From contig CAWGMQ010000006.1 in assembly GCA_963823665.1 (NCBI GenBank), forward strand, positions 1,152,001 to 1,216,000: 64,000 bases of DNA, written 5' to 3'. Under the pieces are notes generated by a model. That model ran no database searches. It worked only from the letters and a program-made list of their open reading frames with translations, and was not told where the DNA came from. Numbering within the stretch: the stretch's first letter is position 1; every line of letters starts with the position of its first letter. Of this stretch, positions 32,485 to 42,295 are shown piece after piece. This stretch comes from an uncultured Planctomycetota bacterium. Lineage in GTDB: Bacteria; Planctomycetota; Planctomycetia; Isosphaerales; Isosphaeraceae. The translations under genes were made by a program, and so were the position numbers.

Positions 32485-33774
32485 GTGCTGCCCGAGAGAA
32501 ATGCCGCCGATCGCAAAGGGGACGCAGCCAAGCCGGGTATGCTCGACGAACCGCCACTGATCAAGATCGAGCCCAACGGAGGCTGGATTCCGCGCCCGGC
32601 CGCCAATGTTGATCCCCGCGCGTTCTACGAATCGTACTATCATTCCCGCGACAAGGACCGGATCGATCCCGATAAATTACGGCGGACTCTGGCGAGCTTG
32701 AATCGTCTGCGCAAGCCGCGTGAGGTTCACGCCGCGATCCTCGGGTACTTGAAGAACCAGAAATACCACCGCGTGGCGATCGAGCCGTGGATGTACGAGG
32801 CGCTCGCGCTGGCAATCAATATGAACGACGGATCGGACGGCGACGTCAAAACGTCGCTGAATTACGCCGCCGATCTCGCGCAGGAGACGCACAACCCCAA
32901 CCACCTGGTCAGCGTGGCCGATCTGCTGGTCAGGAAAGGCTATGTCGAGCGTGTGGGCCCGCTTCTCGACGAGGCTATGCCCAAGATCCCACATCGGGCC
33001 GAGCCCATCGTGATGTCGATCAATCTCGCTCAGAAAACCAAGGACCCGGCGCGAATGGCCGATTCCCTTGAGCGGTTGCTCTCGCTCGGCTGGCCGGGCC
33101 AGGACGAGTACTTCCGGATCGAGGCGGGGAATCAGGTTGACCAGATGGTCAAACAGCTTCGTGCCCAGAACAAGAGTGCCGAAGCCGAACTTCTCCAGAA
33201 GAAGCTGGAAGAATCGATGTCGCGCGACGTCTTCATAAGACTCACCTGGGACGGCTTCGCCGATTACGACCTCTCCGTCCTTGAGCCGCTCGGCGCGAAG
33301 GCGGAATACATCTTGCCGCGCACCGTCTTCGGCGGAGCACTGATCAAGAACGGCTATGGATCCCACCCCGAAGAGATCTACGTCTGCCCCCGCGGTTTCA
33401 ACGGCAAGTACACTATCCTCGTGTCGAAGATCTGGGACGACCCGAAGCAGCCAGTGAGCAGGCTGACGCTCGAGATGATCACGCACGAAGGAACGGGCCA
33501 CGATAAGAAAGAAATCCGCAATCTGAAGCCGGGCGCCGAGAATCCGCCGACGGTCTTCACCTTGACCGACGGCCGGCGGAAGCGGGTTCTGCCGTACGTC
33601 GATCCGTCCGCGACCATCATGGAGACGGCGATCGACGCGCTGAAACACTCGAAGAGCGCGGCGAAAGGCAAGCAACACGCCGCGACAAAGGACGGAGAGG
33701 CCAGGAAGGTCCCGGCGACGCCCTTGGCGGGGGCGGCCGGAAAGGCAAAGCCGCGACCGACGCCGCCGGAATGA
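32485..33774 (+). CDS. Helical/TPR-like protein with YfaP/DUF2135-like beta domain; probably the C-terminal part of the upstream gene via a -1 shift at 32349-32357
   Basis: EPWMYEALALAI, IRLTWDGFADYDLSVLEP, PEEIYVCPRGFNGKY; frame is open back through the A9 run and there is no clear RBS at 32485. Confidence 0.78.
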   Translation: MLPERNAADRKGDAAKPGMLDEPPLIKIEPNGGWIPRPAANVDPRAFYESYYHSRDKDRIDPDKLRRTLASLNRLRKPREVHAAILGYLKNQKYHRVAIEPWMYEALALAINMNDGSDGDVKTSLNYAADLAQETHNPNHLVSVADLLVRKGYVERVGPLLDEAMPKIPHRAEPIVMSINLAQKTKDPARMADSLERLLSLGWPGQDEYFRIEAGNQVDQMVKQLRAQNKSAEAELLQKKLEESMSRDVFIRLTWDGFADYDLSVLEPLGAKAEYILPRTVFGGALIKNGYGSHPEEIYVCPRGFNGKYTILVSKIWDDPKQPVSRLTLEMITHEGTGHDKKEIRNLKPGAENPPTVFTLTDGRRKRVLPYVDPSATIMETAIDALKHSKSAAKGKQHAATKDGEARKVPATPLAGAAGKAKPRPTPPE

Positions 33775-33848
33775 TCTGGCGGGCCTGGTTCAAATGCCGG
33801 TAACGCTCCTGGACGCCGTTGGAGTGCAACGGGTCTGCCGGTCGCTTC

Positions 33849-33904
33849 GTGGGTGGGCGAAACCCACCCCATCCCATAGACCGCTACGGCTCACCCACCC
33901 TATG
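33849..33904. repeat. REP-like palindromic pair / hairpin between convergent genes
   Basis: GGGTGGG-CGAAA-CCCACCC at 33851-33869 and an inverted related copy CTACGGCTCACCCACCCTAT at ~33884-33903. Confidence 0.5.
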
Positions 33905-34000
33905 TGCTGCGGACCATCGAGGCTGTAATCTCACCCTTGCTTCCGCTCTACCAGGGCACCTGGCGCGGTAATGTGCCGGGAGTCTCGTGCACCGTGGTGT

Positions 34001-36277
34001 TCAATGCGGCTCGAGAAGGCCGGTCCACCCGAGTGGGCGAATGTGGTCGTCGAACTCGGTGATCGAGATGGCCTGGTCCGCGGCGACGCCATGAAAGACC
34101 TGGGTGGTGTGACTTGCGGGCCAGGTGATTTCCAGGGTTGCCGCGCCCTCGGCGCCGGCCAGGCCGATCGTCTGCTGCAAGGCGTTCGCGCCGAAGCTGC
34201 TCCCGGACGAAACCAGCCTAAAAATTGACCGCGGTTGCGGCCCGTCGGTCACGACCTTGATGCGGGCACCGATGGCCGCGCGGTTGGTCTTTCTGCCAAT
34301 CAGCTTGACGGTGAGCCAGTGGTTGCCCTGCCCCGGATTTTGAAAAAGTATATTGTGATATTTATCGCCGTTGACAGCCCCTCCCATTTCGATGAAGAGG
34401 TCGACATCGCCGTCGCGGTCCCAGTCGCCGCAGGCAACGGCGTGGCCTTTCTGGAGGTGACCGGTGCGGGAAGAGCCGGTGATATCGGCGAATCTCGCTC
34501 CAGAGACGTTCTTGAACATGCGGTTGGGGACGAGCGTGGCCAGGCTCGGCTCGCCGGTGCCCAAGTAGAAATCGAGCCAGCCGTCGTTATCGAAATCGGC
34601 GAAGTTGCAGCCCATGGGCGCATACACGCCGGCCAGGCCGGCTTCGGCTGTGCGGTCCTCGAACCCGGTGCCGCGAGAGTTTCGGAAGAGCTTGCCGGTT
34701 GCCAGGTGATGCGGCTCGCCGATCATGCTGTTCACGATCGCGTTCAGGTTGCGGTCCGACGACGCGGCGAAGAGGTCGAGCCAGCCGTCGTTGTCGTAAT
34801 CCCAGGCCCAGCATGCAAAGCCCATCTTCGGGCCGATGATACCCATTTCCAGAGTCGTTTCCTCGAACCGGCCGTCGCGCTCGTTGTGATAGAGCCTGCC
34901 GGTATCCTCGTAGTTGGTCACGAACAGGTCAAGGAATCCGTCGTTGTCGTAGTCGATCCAGGTGCAGCCCTTCCCCCAGCGGGAAGGCTCGCTCGCCACT
35001 CCAGCTTGGACGGCAATGTCTTCAAACGTGCCGTCGCCGCGGTTCCGGTACAGACGGTTGTGCTGGTGTTCACAAGCGACAAAAAGATCGATCCAGCCGT
35101 CGTTGTCGAAATCGCCCCAGGCGGCACCGTTCGAGTTGACGGGGTCGAATAAGCCCGTAGCACGCGTGACGTCGGTGAACCCGCCTGCTCCGTTATTCTC
35201 CAGAAGTGTCGGCCGGACTGGTCCGGGGAGCCACGCTCCCCGGGGAATGAAGATGTCAAGGCGGCCGTCGTTGTTGTAATCGGCCTGATAACAGACGAGC
35301 CCACCGAGCTGGCCGGTGACTCCTGCGCTAGCGCTGCGATCGTCGAATGTGCCGTCACCGCGGTTTCGATAGTACGCCATCGACTCCGTGGAATCGTTCG
35401 CGGTGACGACAATGTCCAGGAGCCCGTCGTTATCGAAATCGTCCATGATCGCGCCGCCGGACTGGTTGAACCGATCGAGCCCGGCTTCGCGGCTCTTGTC
35501 GTGGAACGCGCCGATGTCGAACTCGGAGTGGAAGAAGCGATCGATGGCGTTGTGAAACCGCGGATCTCCCTCTTCCGAAGATTCACCGAGGGTCATATGA
35601 GCGATTTTCAGAAGCCAGCGGATGCCGACGTCATCGGGGAAGAGCTCGAGGTATTCGTTGAAATGCTTGACTGCCAGCCGCGATCCTGCCGGATTCGTAT
35701 GCACGGCAGCGGGTGAGATGGGGAAGATACACGAGCTCTCACCGCGGCAGGCGATGCAATTGTCGTTCTCGCCGCGTCGCATTGCCGCCACGCCTTGAAG
35801 GAAGATCAGGCTGGCGAGCGAATGCCGGGCCATCCGCGGGTCGTCCAGGGCCGTGGCGCGCAGGCGAGAGATCGTTTCGTACGAACCCTGGGCGTCACCG
35901 TCGTAAAGCTGGAACGCGGCCTTCTTCATGAGCAGGTTGGTATCACCACTCCGGTCTCGTCCGGCATCGGACAGACGGGCTTCGACCATGGCGATGCCCC
36001 GGGCGCCGATGCCTTTCCACTCCTGCGCGATCTGCTCGAGTGTCGCGTCTGGTGGCCAAGGCCTGAGAAAGTTATTGACCGCGCCGTAGCCGCTAGAGTC
36101 CAGGTCAGGATGACGCGGGTGAAGCTCACCGCGGGGCAGGATCAGCTCGGGATGGGCGTCCTTGGGCCGGGCCGACCACGCGGCGACCACGCAGGCTGCA
36201 ATGACGAGGATCACGGGAACAAGAAATCGCTGTTGCCCGATCAACGGAGACTCCTTTGAACGGGTTAGCGAGCGCAC
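34001..36277 (-). CDS. CRTAC1-like FG-GAP/VCBS repeat protein with ASPIC/UnbV C-terminus
   Basis: Many DFDNDG.LD / DYDNDG repeats; NRAAIGARIKV..SSGSSFG..GL..LEITWP. Confidence 0.92.
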   Translation of the reverse strand: MRSLTRSKESPLIGQQRFLVPVILVIAACVVAAWSARPKDAHPELILPRGELHPRHPDLDSSGYGAVNNFLRPWPPDATLEQIAQEWKGIGARGIAMVEARLSDAGRDRSGDTNLLMKKAAFQLYDGDAQGSYETISRLRATALDDPRMARHSLASLIFLQGVAAMRRGENDNCIACRGESSCIFPISPAAVHTNPAGSRLAVKHFNEYLELFPDDVGIRWLLKIAHMTLGESSEEGDPRFHNAIDRFFHSEFDIGAFHDKSREAGLDRFNQSGGAIMDDFDNDGLLDIVVTANDSTESMAYYRNRGDGTFDDRSASAGVTGQLGGLVCYQADYNNDGRLDIFIPRGAWLPGPVRPTLLENNGAGGFTDVTRATGLFDPVNSNGAAWGDFDNDGWIDLFVACEHQHNRLYRNRGDGTFEDIAVQAGVASEPSRWGKGCTWIDYDNDGFLDLFVTNYEDTGRLYHNERDGRFEETTLEMGIIGPKMGFACWAWDYDNDGWLDLFAASSDRNLNAIVNSMIGEPHHLATGKLFRNSRGTGFEDRTAEAGLAGVYAPMGCNFADFDNDGWLDFYLGTGEPSLATLVPNRMFKNVSGARFADITGSSRTGHLQKGHAVACGDWDRDGDVDLFIEMGGAVNGDKYHNILFQNPGQGNHWLTVKLIGRKTNRAAIGARIKVVTDGPQPRSIFRLVSSGSSFGANALQQTIGLAGAEGAATLEITWPASHTTQVFHGVAADQAISITEFDDHIRPLGWTGLLEPH

Positions 36278-36394
36278 ACCCCGACCGCCACGGGCAGTTT
36301 CGACGGAGCCCGTTTTTCACCGGGGATCGCCGTTCTCTGCATCCTCTCCTAGGGAATTAGGCGTCAGATTGTTCACCGTGGGCCCTGAAAAGTG

Positions 36395-36445
36395 AAAAGA
36401 TTGACAATCGCTAAATATTTCACAGATGTGTTAACAATGTTTAAC
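36395..36445 (+). promoter_or_regulatory. AT-rich divergent promoter region with TTGACA and short palindromes
   Basis: TTGACA at 36401-36406; GATTG-A-CAATC and TGTTAACA palindromes; GTGAAAA..TTTTCAC inverted repeat. Confidence 0.35.
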
Positions 36446-36607
36446 CTCGGTTGTCTGTTTCCATTGCGGCCCGAGGTGGCGTCTGGTTATAGTCGCAGGA
36501 AGAGCCGGCGGCTCTTTCTGGGCTGCAAACTAGCCGGGCATGATCCGGTGGGCGAGGTCGCGGCAGGAGGGGCCCGGACTGCTTGCGTTCTGACGGAGCA
36601 ATGGGAT

Positions 36608-37921
36608 ATGTGGAGCAAACAGTCGACGATTCGCATCACGGCTGCATTCGCGCTCTGTGCGTTCATCGTGGGGATGCAGGCGAAGCCGGCGGCGGCTCAG
36701 AACCAGGCTGAATCGCTTTCAGCGAGTTTTCGCAAGGCGGTGCAGCGCGTCGCGCCGGCGCTTGTGGGCGTGCGGCCGATGGGTGTGTCGCGGCCGCTGG
36801 TGACGGTACCGATTCCGAACGTAGGGCCGTTCCGACCGACCGATTTCATTCCTCGGGGAGTGCTCCGCAATAGCAATGAGATCGAATTCGACACGACCGG
36901 CTCGGGGTTTATCGCGGACTCCGACCGTGGAATCGTGGTGACGACCGAAGGGGTCTTGCGAGGCGCGTCGCAGGCGGTGGTGGTTTTTTCTGATGGGACC
37001 GAGCGGGTCGCGTCGCAGGTCCGGCGCGATCCGCGCTCGGATGTCGCCATTCTGGTGGTTGATTTGAAGGGGCTCACGGCGACTGCGGCAGCGTGGGGTG
37101 ACTCGGATGCGATTGAGCCTGGCGACTGGGTGCTGGCGGTTGGTGCCGCGGGTGGCTCGCCGCCGTCGATGTCCGCCGGCATCTTCAGTGCACGGAGACG
37201 TGGGCCGGCTTCAGGGCTGGAATGGCTCGAGACCGACGTCCGTGTTGGTCCGGCTTTCTGGGGCGGGCCGATCGTGAACTTGAAGGGCGAGGTGATCGGG
37301 GTTGTCGGCCCGCTGCCGAACCAGGCGCCTCTGCCGGGCGGGAGTCATTACGTTCTGCCCGCGGGGCGGATACGCCGCATCGCCGCCGATCTCGCACAGT
37401 TCGGGCAAGTTCGCCGAGGATATCTGGGTATTCAAGTCGAGCCCGTCGAGGTTCTGGCGGGGGCACCGGGGGCACCTGGCGGGGTTGTGATCAGCACAGT
37501 GGGTGCTGGTACTCCGGCCGCAGCGGCAGGGGTACGGCCGGGCGATCGAATCGTGAGTGCCAACGGCCGCAAGCTGATGGTGCTCGGGCAGCTTCAGGCG
37601 ACGGTGGAAGAAACGCCGATCGGCGAAGAGCTGACGCTCCTGATCGACCGCAACGGCCAGCGGATGGAGGTGAAGGTGCGGCCCCAGGCGCAGCCGGGCT
37701 CGGCCGAGACGCCGGGCATGCCTCGCTCGCGCATCGAAGGCGACGGACGCACCAATCCGGGGCCGGGCCGTGTGCGCAGCCGGGTGGTGCCAGCCCGGCC
37801 CGTACCGCAGCCATCGAACCCGTCGAGCCCGTCTGACCCGACGTCGCTCGAACCAATACCGGGGGCGGACCAGAACGCCGCGCCGCCGCCTGCACCAAGG
37901 CCCGAGGGTCGCGTTCAATGA
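36608..37921 (+). CDS. HtrA/DegP-like trypsin + PDZ protein with degenerate catalytic triad
   Basis: Signal peptide, TGSGFI, DPRSDVAIL, GDWVLAVG, ETDVRVGPAFWGGP, VRRGYLGI, PDZ GTPAAAAGVRPGDRI. Confidence 0.88.
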   Translation: MWSKQSTIRITAAFALCAFIVGMQAKPAAAQNQAESLSASFRKAVQRVAPALVGVRPMGVSRPLVTVPIPNVGPFRPTDFIPRGVLRNSNEIEFDTTGSGFIADSDRGIVVTTEGVLRGASQAVVVFSDGTERVASQVRRDPRSDVAILVVDLKGLTATAAAWGDSDAIEPGDWVLAVGAAGGSPPSMSAGIFSARRRGPASGLEWLETDVRVGPAFWGGPIVNLKGEVIGVVGPLPNQAPLPGGSHYVLPAGRIRRIAADLAQFGQVRRGYLGIQVEPVEVLAGAPGAPGGVVISTVGAGTPAAAAGVRPGDRIVSANGRKLMVLGQLQATVEETPIGEELTLLIDRNGQRMEVKVRPQAQPGSAETPGMPRSRIEGDGRTNPGPGRVRSRVVPARPVPQPSNPSSPSDPTSLEPIPGADQNAAPPPAPRPEGRVQ

Positions 37922-38024
37922 ACCGAAACTTCGGGAGATGACACGCGGCCGGCGGGGCGCGACACAGGTATCCCGCCGTTTTCTCTTTCGCGAACTCGAC
38001 GATTCTTCAAAGGATGGAAGAGCC

Positions 38025-39458
38025 GTGACACGACGCCGGATTCTCGTCATCGACGATATGGAGTTCAACCGCCACCATCTCAAGAAGGTCCTCGAAGCCC
38101 GCGACCTGGAAGTGGATACCGCGGAGGACGGCCGGTCGGCATGGGACCGCCTCAAATCGCAGAAATACCATCTCGTGGTCACCGACTTGCGGATGCCTGA
38201 TGTGGGGGGGCACGAGCTGCTCTCGCGGATTCGACTCGAGAAACTGCCGCTGGGCGTGATCGTGCTGACGGCGTTTGGCGATCCCGAAGACGCGCTACGA
38301 GCGATGAAGGCCGGCGCCGACGATTTCGTCTCGAAGCCGTACGATCCGGATCGGCTGCGTCTGCTGGTCAAGCGGGTTCTCGAGCGCCGCGAGCTGGTGG
38401 ACGAGCTGGAACGTCTGCGCAAACAGTTGCGCGGCGATTATCCATTTCACAACATGGTGTCGAAGAGCCCCAAGATTCGCCGGGTTTTTGATCTGATCGA
38501 ACAGGTCGCTCCGCTGGGCTCGACGGTCTTGATCCACGGTGAAACCGGAACCGGCAAGGAGCTTGTCGCCCAGGCGCTGCACACGGCCGATACGACGCGC
38601 ACGGGCCCCTTCGTGGTCGTCAACTGTGCCGTTCTGAACGAGTCGCTGCTGGAGAGCGAGCTTTTTGGACATGAGCGCGGGGCTTTCACCGGCGCCGAGA
38701 AGCGGAAGATTGGACGCTTCGAGCTGGCCCATGGCGGCACTCTGCTGCTTGACGAGATCGGCGATCTGGCGCCGAGCCTTCAGGCCAAGCTGTTGCGCGT
38801 GCTCCAGACCGGCGCGTTCGAACGCGTGGGCGGAACGGAGAGTTTGAAAGGCAATGTACGGATCGTCGCCGCCACCCACCGCGCTGTGGAGAACGAGGTC
38901 AAGAAAGGGCGGTTCCGGGCCGATCTGTTCTATCGCTTGAACGTGATTCGCATCGAGCTGCCCCCACTGCGCGAGCGCACCGAAGATATTCCGCTCCTGG
39001 CCACGCACTTCGTGCAGAAGCACGGCACCGCGAGCGGCGTTGGACGCACCGAAATTGCTTCGGACGCGATGCAGGCCCTGCTGCGCCACGAGTGGCCGGG
39101 CAACGTGCGCGAGCTGGAAAACGCCATCAAGGCGGCGCTGGCGATGACTGATGGTGCGGTTATTCGCCGCGATGACCTGCCGGAGTCGGTTGCGCCGCGA
39201 AGCGAGGAAACGCCGCGAAGCGGTTCGCTGGTCGATATCGAGCGCCCCCTCCCGGACCTGACTTCCACCCTGATCGGCCGCGTGGAAAGTGAATACTTCT
39301 CGCGGGTGCTCTCGCTCTACAAGGGCAACGTGGCCAGGACGGCCCGGCACAGCGGACTCTCGCGGCGGAGCGTGACACAGAAGCTGCAGCGATACGGGCT
39401 GGATCGGTTGACATTCAAGACGGCGCAGCGGAGGGGAGCGGTTGAGGGGGGTGCGTGA
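38025..39458 (+). CDS. Sigma-54-dependent response regulator (NtrC/AtoC family)
   Basis: [50 protein letters not shown], Fis-type HTH. Confidence 0.95.
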   Translation: MTRRRILVIDDMEFNRHHLKKVLEARDLEVDTAEDGRSAWDRLKSQKYHLVVTDLRMPDVGGHELLSRIRLEKLPLGVIVLTAFGDPEDALRAMKAGADDFVSKPYDPDRLRLLVKRVLERRELVDELERLRKQLRGDYPFHNMVSKSPKIRRVFDLIEQVAPLGSTVLIHGETGTGKELVAQALHTADTTRTGPFVVVNCAVLNESLLESELFGHERGAFTGAEKRKIGRFELAHGGTLLLDEIGDLAPSLQAKLLRVLQTGAFERVGGTESLKGNVRIVAATHRAVENEVKKGRFRADLFYRLNVIRIELPPLRERTEDIPLLATHFVQKHGTASGVGRTEIASDAMQALLRHEWPGNVRELENAIKAALAMTDGAVIRRDDLPESVAPRSEETPRSGSLVDIERPLPDLTSTLIGRVESEYFSRVLSLYKGNVARTARHSGLSRRSVTQKLQRYGLDRLTFKTAQRRGAVEGGA

Positions 39459-39559
39459 TTTTGGGCGCGCGCCATTGCCAGCCGTCGCAGCACGAGTAGG
39501 CCATTCGTTTCTTGACCGTAGCAGCGGCGCTGCGGCCCGACAGCCCTGGAGTGCGATAG

Positions 39560-40530
39560 GCGCTCTCGCGGGACACTGATCTTAACCGCCACCGTGGCCG
39601 TGCCCCAGAGGCACAACCTTAGTTATCCGACCTGATCGTTCGGCACGGGCGGTTTCCGTATCCCCTCGAAGCGAAGCCGCGTTCCGTGGTAAAATAATAC
39701 AAGGAGGAGAATGCCGTGCCGCTACGCGATCACTTTCGCCCACCTTTGGATGATGTTCATTCCTGGGACGAACTTCATGGCATGTGGCCGGCGGTGATCG
39801 TCCAGAAGCTGATTGAGGTTCTCCCGGAGCCTTATTTCGCCGCTCCGGGTGTCCATCTGGGGACGCTCTACGAAGTCGATATCGGCACTTACCGTCGGCC
39901 CGTGGCGGACGCGAATGACATCGATGTTGCAAAAGGCGGGGTGTCTGTCGCGACTTATGCGCCGCCCGAGCCGACGCTGACATTGGAACCGCAGTTGCCG
40001 AATCAGGATGTTTACGAGGTCCGCATCTACGATAGCCGGCGCAACCGGCAATTGGTGGCCGCTATCGAAATCGTCAGTCCGTCGAATAAGGACCGCCCGG
40101 AAAACCGCGCAACGTTCGTTGCGAAAGCGGCCACGCTGCTCAAGAACAACATCTGCGTATCGATCGTCGATGTCGTGAGTACGTACGATTTCAATCTGTA
40201 TGCGGAGTTGCTGAAATTTCTCCAAAGCGTCGATCCGGCGCTGGGAAGCGAGCCGCCGCCGATGTACGCCGCGACGCTTCGCTTGCGTTACGAAGATCGC
40301 CGCCGCATGATGGACAATTGGTATCATCCGCTTGCCATCGGCCAACCACTGCCGACGCTGCCGATCTGGCTCAAGGAAGACTGGGCCATCGCGCTCGATC
40401 TGGATTCGAGCTACGAAGCGGCTTGCCGCACTCTCAGGATCAGGTGACGTCCGCGAACTTCACGTCTTGCCCAACAGCTCGAGCTCGATGGCCGGCTGCG
40501 ATAACGCGCTCTCGCGGGACACTGATCTTA
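39560..40530 (+). repeat. Perfect 25-bp direct repeats flanking the DUF4058 gene
   Basis: GCGCTCTCGCGGGACACTGATCTTA at 39560-39584 and 40506-40530; both copies are preceded by TGCGATA. Confidence 0.9.
39716..40447 (+). CDS. DUF4058 family protein (PD-(D/E)xK-like)
   Basis: MPLRDHFRPP..WDELHGMW..LVAAIEIVSPSNKDR..QPLPTLPIWL..LDLDSSYE; RBS AGGAGGAG. Confidence 0.88.
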   Translation: MPLRDHFRPPLDDVHSWDELHGMWPAVIVQKLIEVLPEPYFAAPGVHLGTLYEVDIGTYRRPVADANDIDVAKGGVSVATYAPPEPTLTLEPQLPNQDVYEVRIYDSRRNRQLVAAIEIVSPSNKDRPENRATFVAKAATLLKNNICVSIVDVVSTYDFNLYAELLKFLQSVDPALGSEPPPMYAATLRLRYEDRRRMMDNWYHPLAIGQPLPTLPIWLKEDWAIALDLDSSYEAACRTLRIR

Positions 40531-40536
40531 CTCGGG

Positions 40537-41388
40537 CTAGCGCTTTTTGGCCGCCAAGGCGACCGCTGCGAGGAGCGCGAGCTGCACGACGACCCAGAGC
40601 AGGATCACCGGCGGGATCGGAAACCACATTGTGAAACCCCAGAAAAAGAGTCTGGGGCTGCCGACCACGATCGCAATGAGGAATCCGACGGTCCACCCCA
40701 CGGCGATGGCCCTCACTGCCCGTTCCGTCCAGGAGGCTGTTCTCCAGAGCTGGCGGATTTGCTCGCGGATATGACTGTTTTTCCGATTCTTCAAAAAAAA
40801 GGACGCGGCCACGAACGGCAACAGCCATGCCGCTGAAATCAATGCAAACCACTGCGGCCGCTGAAAGACAGGGAACTTCCCGGCCAGCCAGTTCGCGAGG
40901 ATGAGTGCACCGATCTGCAAGGCCAACAGCGGCACTAGCATCAGTAACAACTGAATGAGCAGCGCCACGCGCTGCTTGCGATTGAGTTTCGGGTGCTTCG
41001 GCATCGGTATGAGGCCGCCGGTCTGGTTGTGCCACATCAGCCGAGTAAACCACGTCATCAGGCCGAACCATACGAAAAAGAAGCCAAAGACGAGGTTCAC
41101 AGCGAGAAAGGCCTGGATCGTCCAGATTCGCACCTGTGCCGGCGTGCCGGTCACCCAGCCGCTGCGCATGATCCAGGCCGTCACGGCGTTGGGGAGCGCC
41201 CACACGCCGGCCAGGATCATGAAGCTTTTGATTGTGAAGCTCAGCCGGGGCGCTCGTCGTGGCAGCGGTTCTTGGTACTTGGCCGTGTAGCAATCCTCGC
41301 AGTACTGGGCTTCGACGAACCGGTCGTCGGAAGACAGCTCGGTGACATGGCGAGTAGCCAGTCTGGCGAGGCACAGTTGACAGATCAT
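40537..41388 (-). CDS. Polytopic membrane protein with N-terminal McsA-like CxxC..CxxC zinc finger
   Basis: MICQLCLARLATRHVTE..QYCEDC, then ~6 hydrophobic segments. Confidence 0.75.
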   Translation of the reverse strand: MICQLCLARLATRHVTELSSDDRFVEAQYCEDCYTAKYQEPLPRRAPRLSFTIKSFMILAGVWALPNAVTAWIMRSGWVTGTPAQVRIWTIQAFLAVNLVFGFFFVWFGLMTWFTRLMWHNQTGGLIPMPKHPKLNRKQRVALLIQLLLMLVPLLALQIGALILANWLAGKFPVFQRPQWFALISAAWLLPFVAASFFLKNRKNSHIREQIRQLWRTASWTERAVRAIAVGWTVGFLIAIVVGSPRLFFWGFTMWFPIPPVILLWVVVQLALLAAVALAAKKR

Positions 41389-41492
41389 CGATCGGTCGCC
41401 TCAACACGTCGGCCCGCGTGTGTCCGTGGTGTCCTTGGGTTTGATTGTAGCCGTGTTCCCTTCCGAACGAACGGGCATTACGATAAACGGCT

Positions 41493-42233
41493 ATGGTGGA
41501 CGCGGCTCCAAATTCGGGCTCTCCAGGGCAGTTCCCGACGACCTGCTGGAGCGTTGTGCTGGCGGCGCGCGGGACGCCGCAGGGTGAGGCCCGCGCCGCC
41601 CTCGAAACGCTGTGCGCGGCTTACTGGTTCCCGCTGTACGCCTTCATACGCAGCCGCGGGCTGCCCGCCCACTCGGCTGAGGACGTGACCCAGTCGTTCT
41701 TCACCCGCTTGCTCGAGAAGGGTGTTTTTGACGCTGTGGACAGAAACAAGGGTCGATTGCGGGCCTTTCTGCTGGCGGCGTGCAAGGACTTTCTGGCGAA
41801 TCAGCGCGATTACGAGCGACGCAAGAAACGCGGGGGCGGGCGGCGATTCGTGCCGATTGACGCCGAGGGCCGGCTGGGCGCGGCGGCGGCGCAGGGGCTC
41901 ACACCCGAGGCCCTCTTCGACCGCAAGTGGGCCGTTGCCTTGCTCGAGCGAGTGCTCGAGCGGCTTGCCGCCGAGATGGAGCGCGCGGGCCGGTCCGCAC
42001 TCTTTGAGCGGCTCAAGCCCGTCCTGCTCGGCGAGAGCCAGGCGCCATCTTATTCGGACGCAGCCGAACAGCTTGGAATGACCGAGGGGGCAATGAAGGT
42101 GGCCGCCCACCGGCTGCGAACTCGCTATCGTGAGCTTCTCCGCGACGAGATCGGCCAAACCGTTGCAGATCCTGCCGACGTCGACGACGAGATCCGCGAG
42201 CTTTTCCACGCGCTCCGCGGCTTTCGGCGCTAA
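41493..42233 (+). CDS. ECF sigma factor of the kinase-associated type
   Basis: [60 protein letters not shown]. Confidence 0.92.
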   Translation: MVDAAPNSGSPGQFPTTCWSVVLAARGTPQGEARAALETLCAAYWFPLYAFIRSRGLPAHSAEDVTQSFFTRLLEKGVFDAVDRNKGRLRAFLLAACKDFLANQRDYERRKKRGGGRRFVPIDAEGRLGAAAAQGLTPEALFDRKWAVALLERVLERLAAEMERAGRSALFERLKPVLLGESQAPSYSDAAEQLGMTEGAMKVAAHRLRTRYRELLRDEIGQTVADPADVDDEIRELFHALRGFRR

Positions 42234-42295
42234 TTCGTGTAACCTTTCCGCGCGGTTGCTTGTTCTCCTGTTGGGAACGCAAGGGAGACCCGACG

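Noticed and set aside
35750..35765. CIACR as a heme-binding motif in the CRTAC1-like protein
   Set aside because: Lacks the His of CxxCH.
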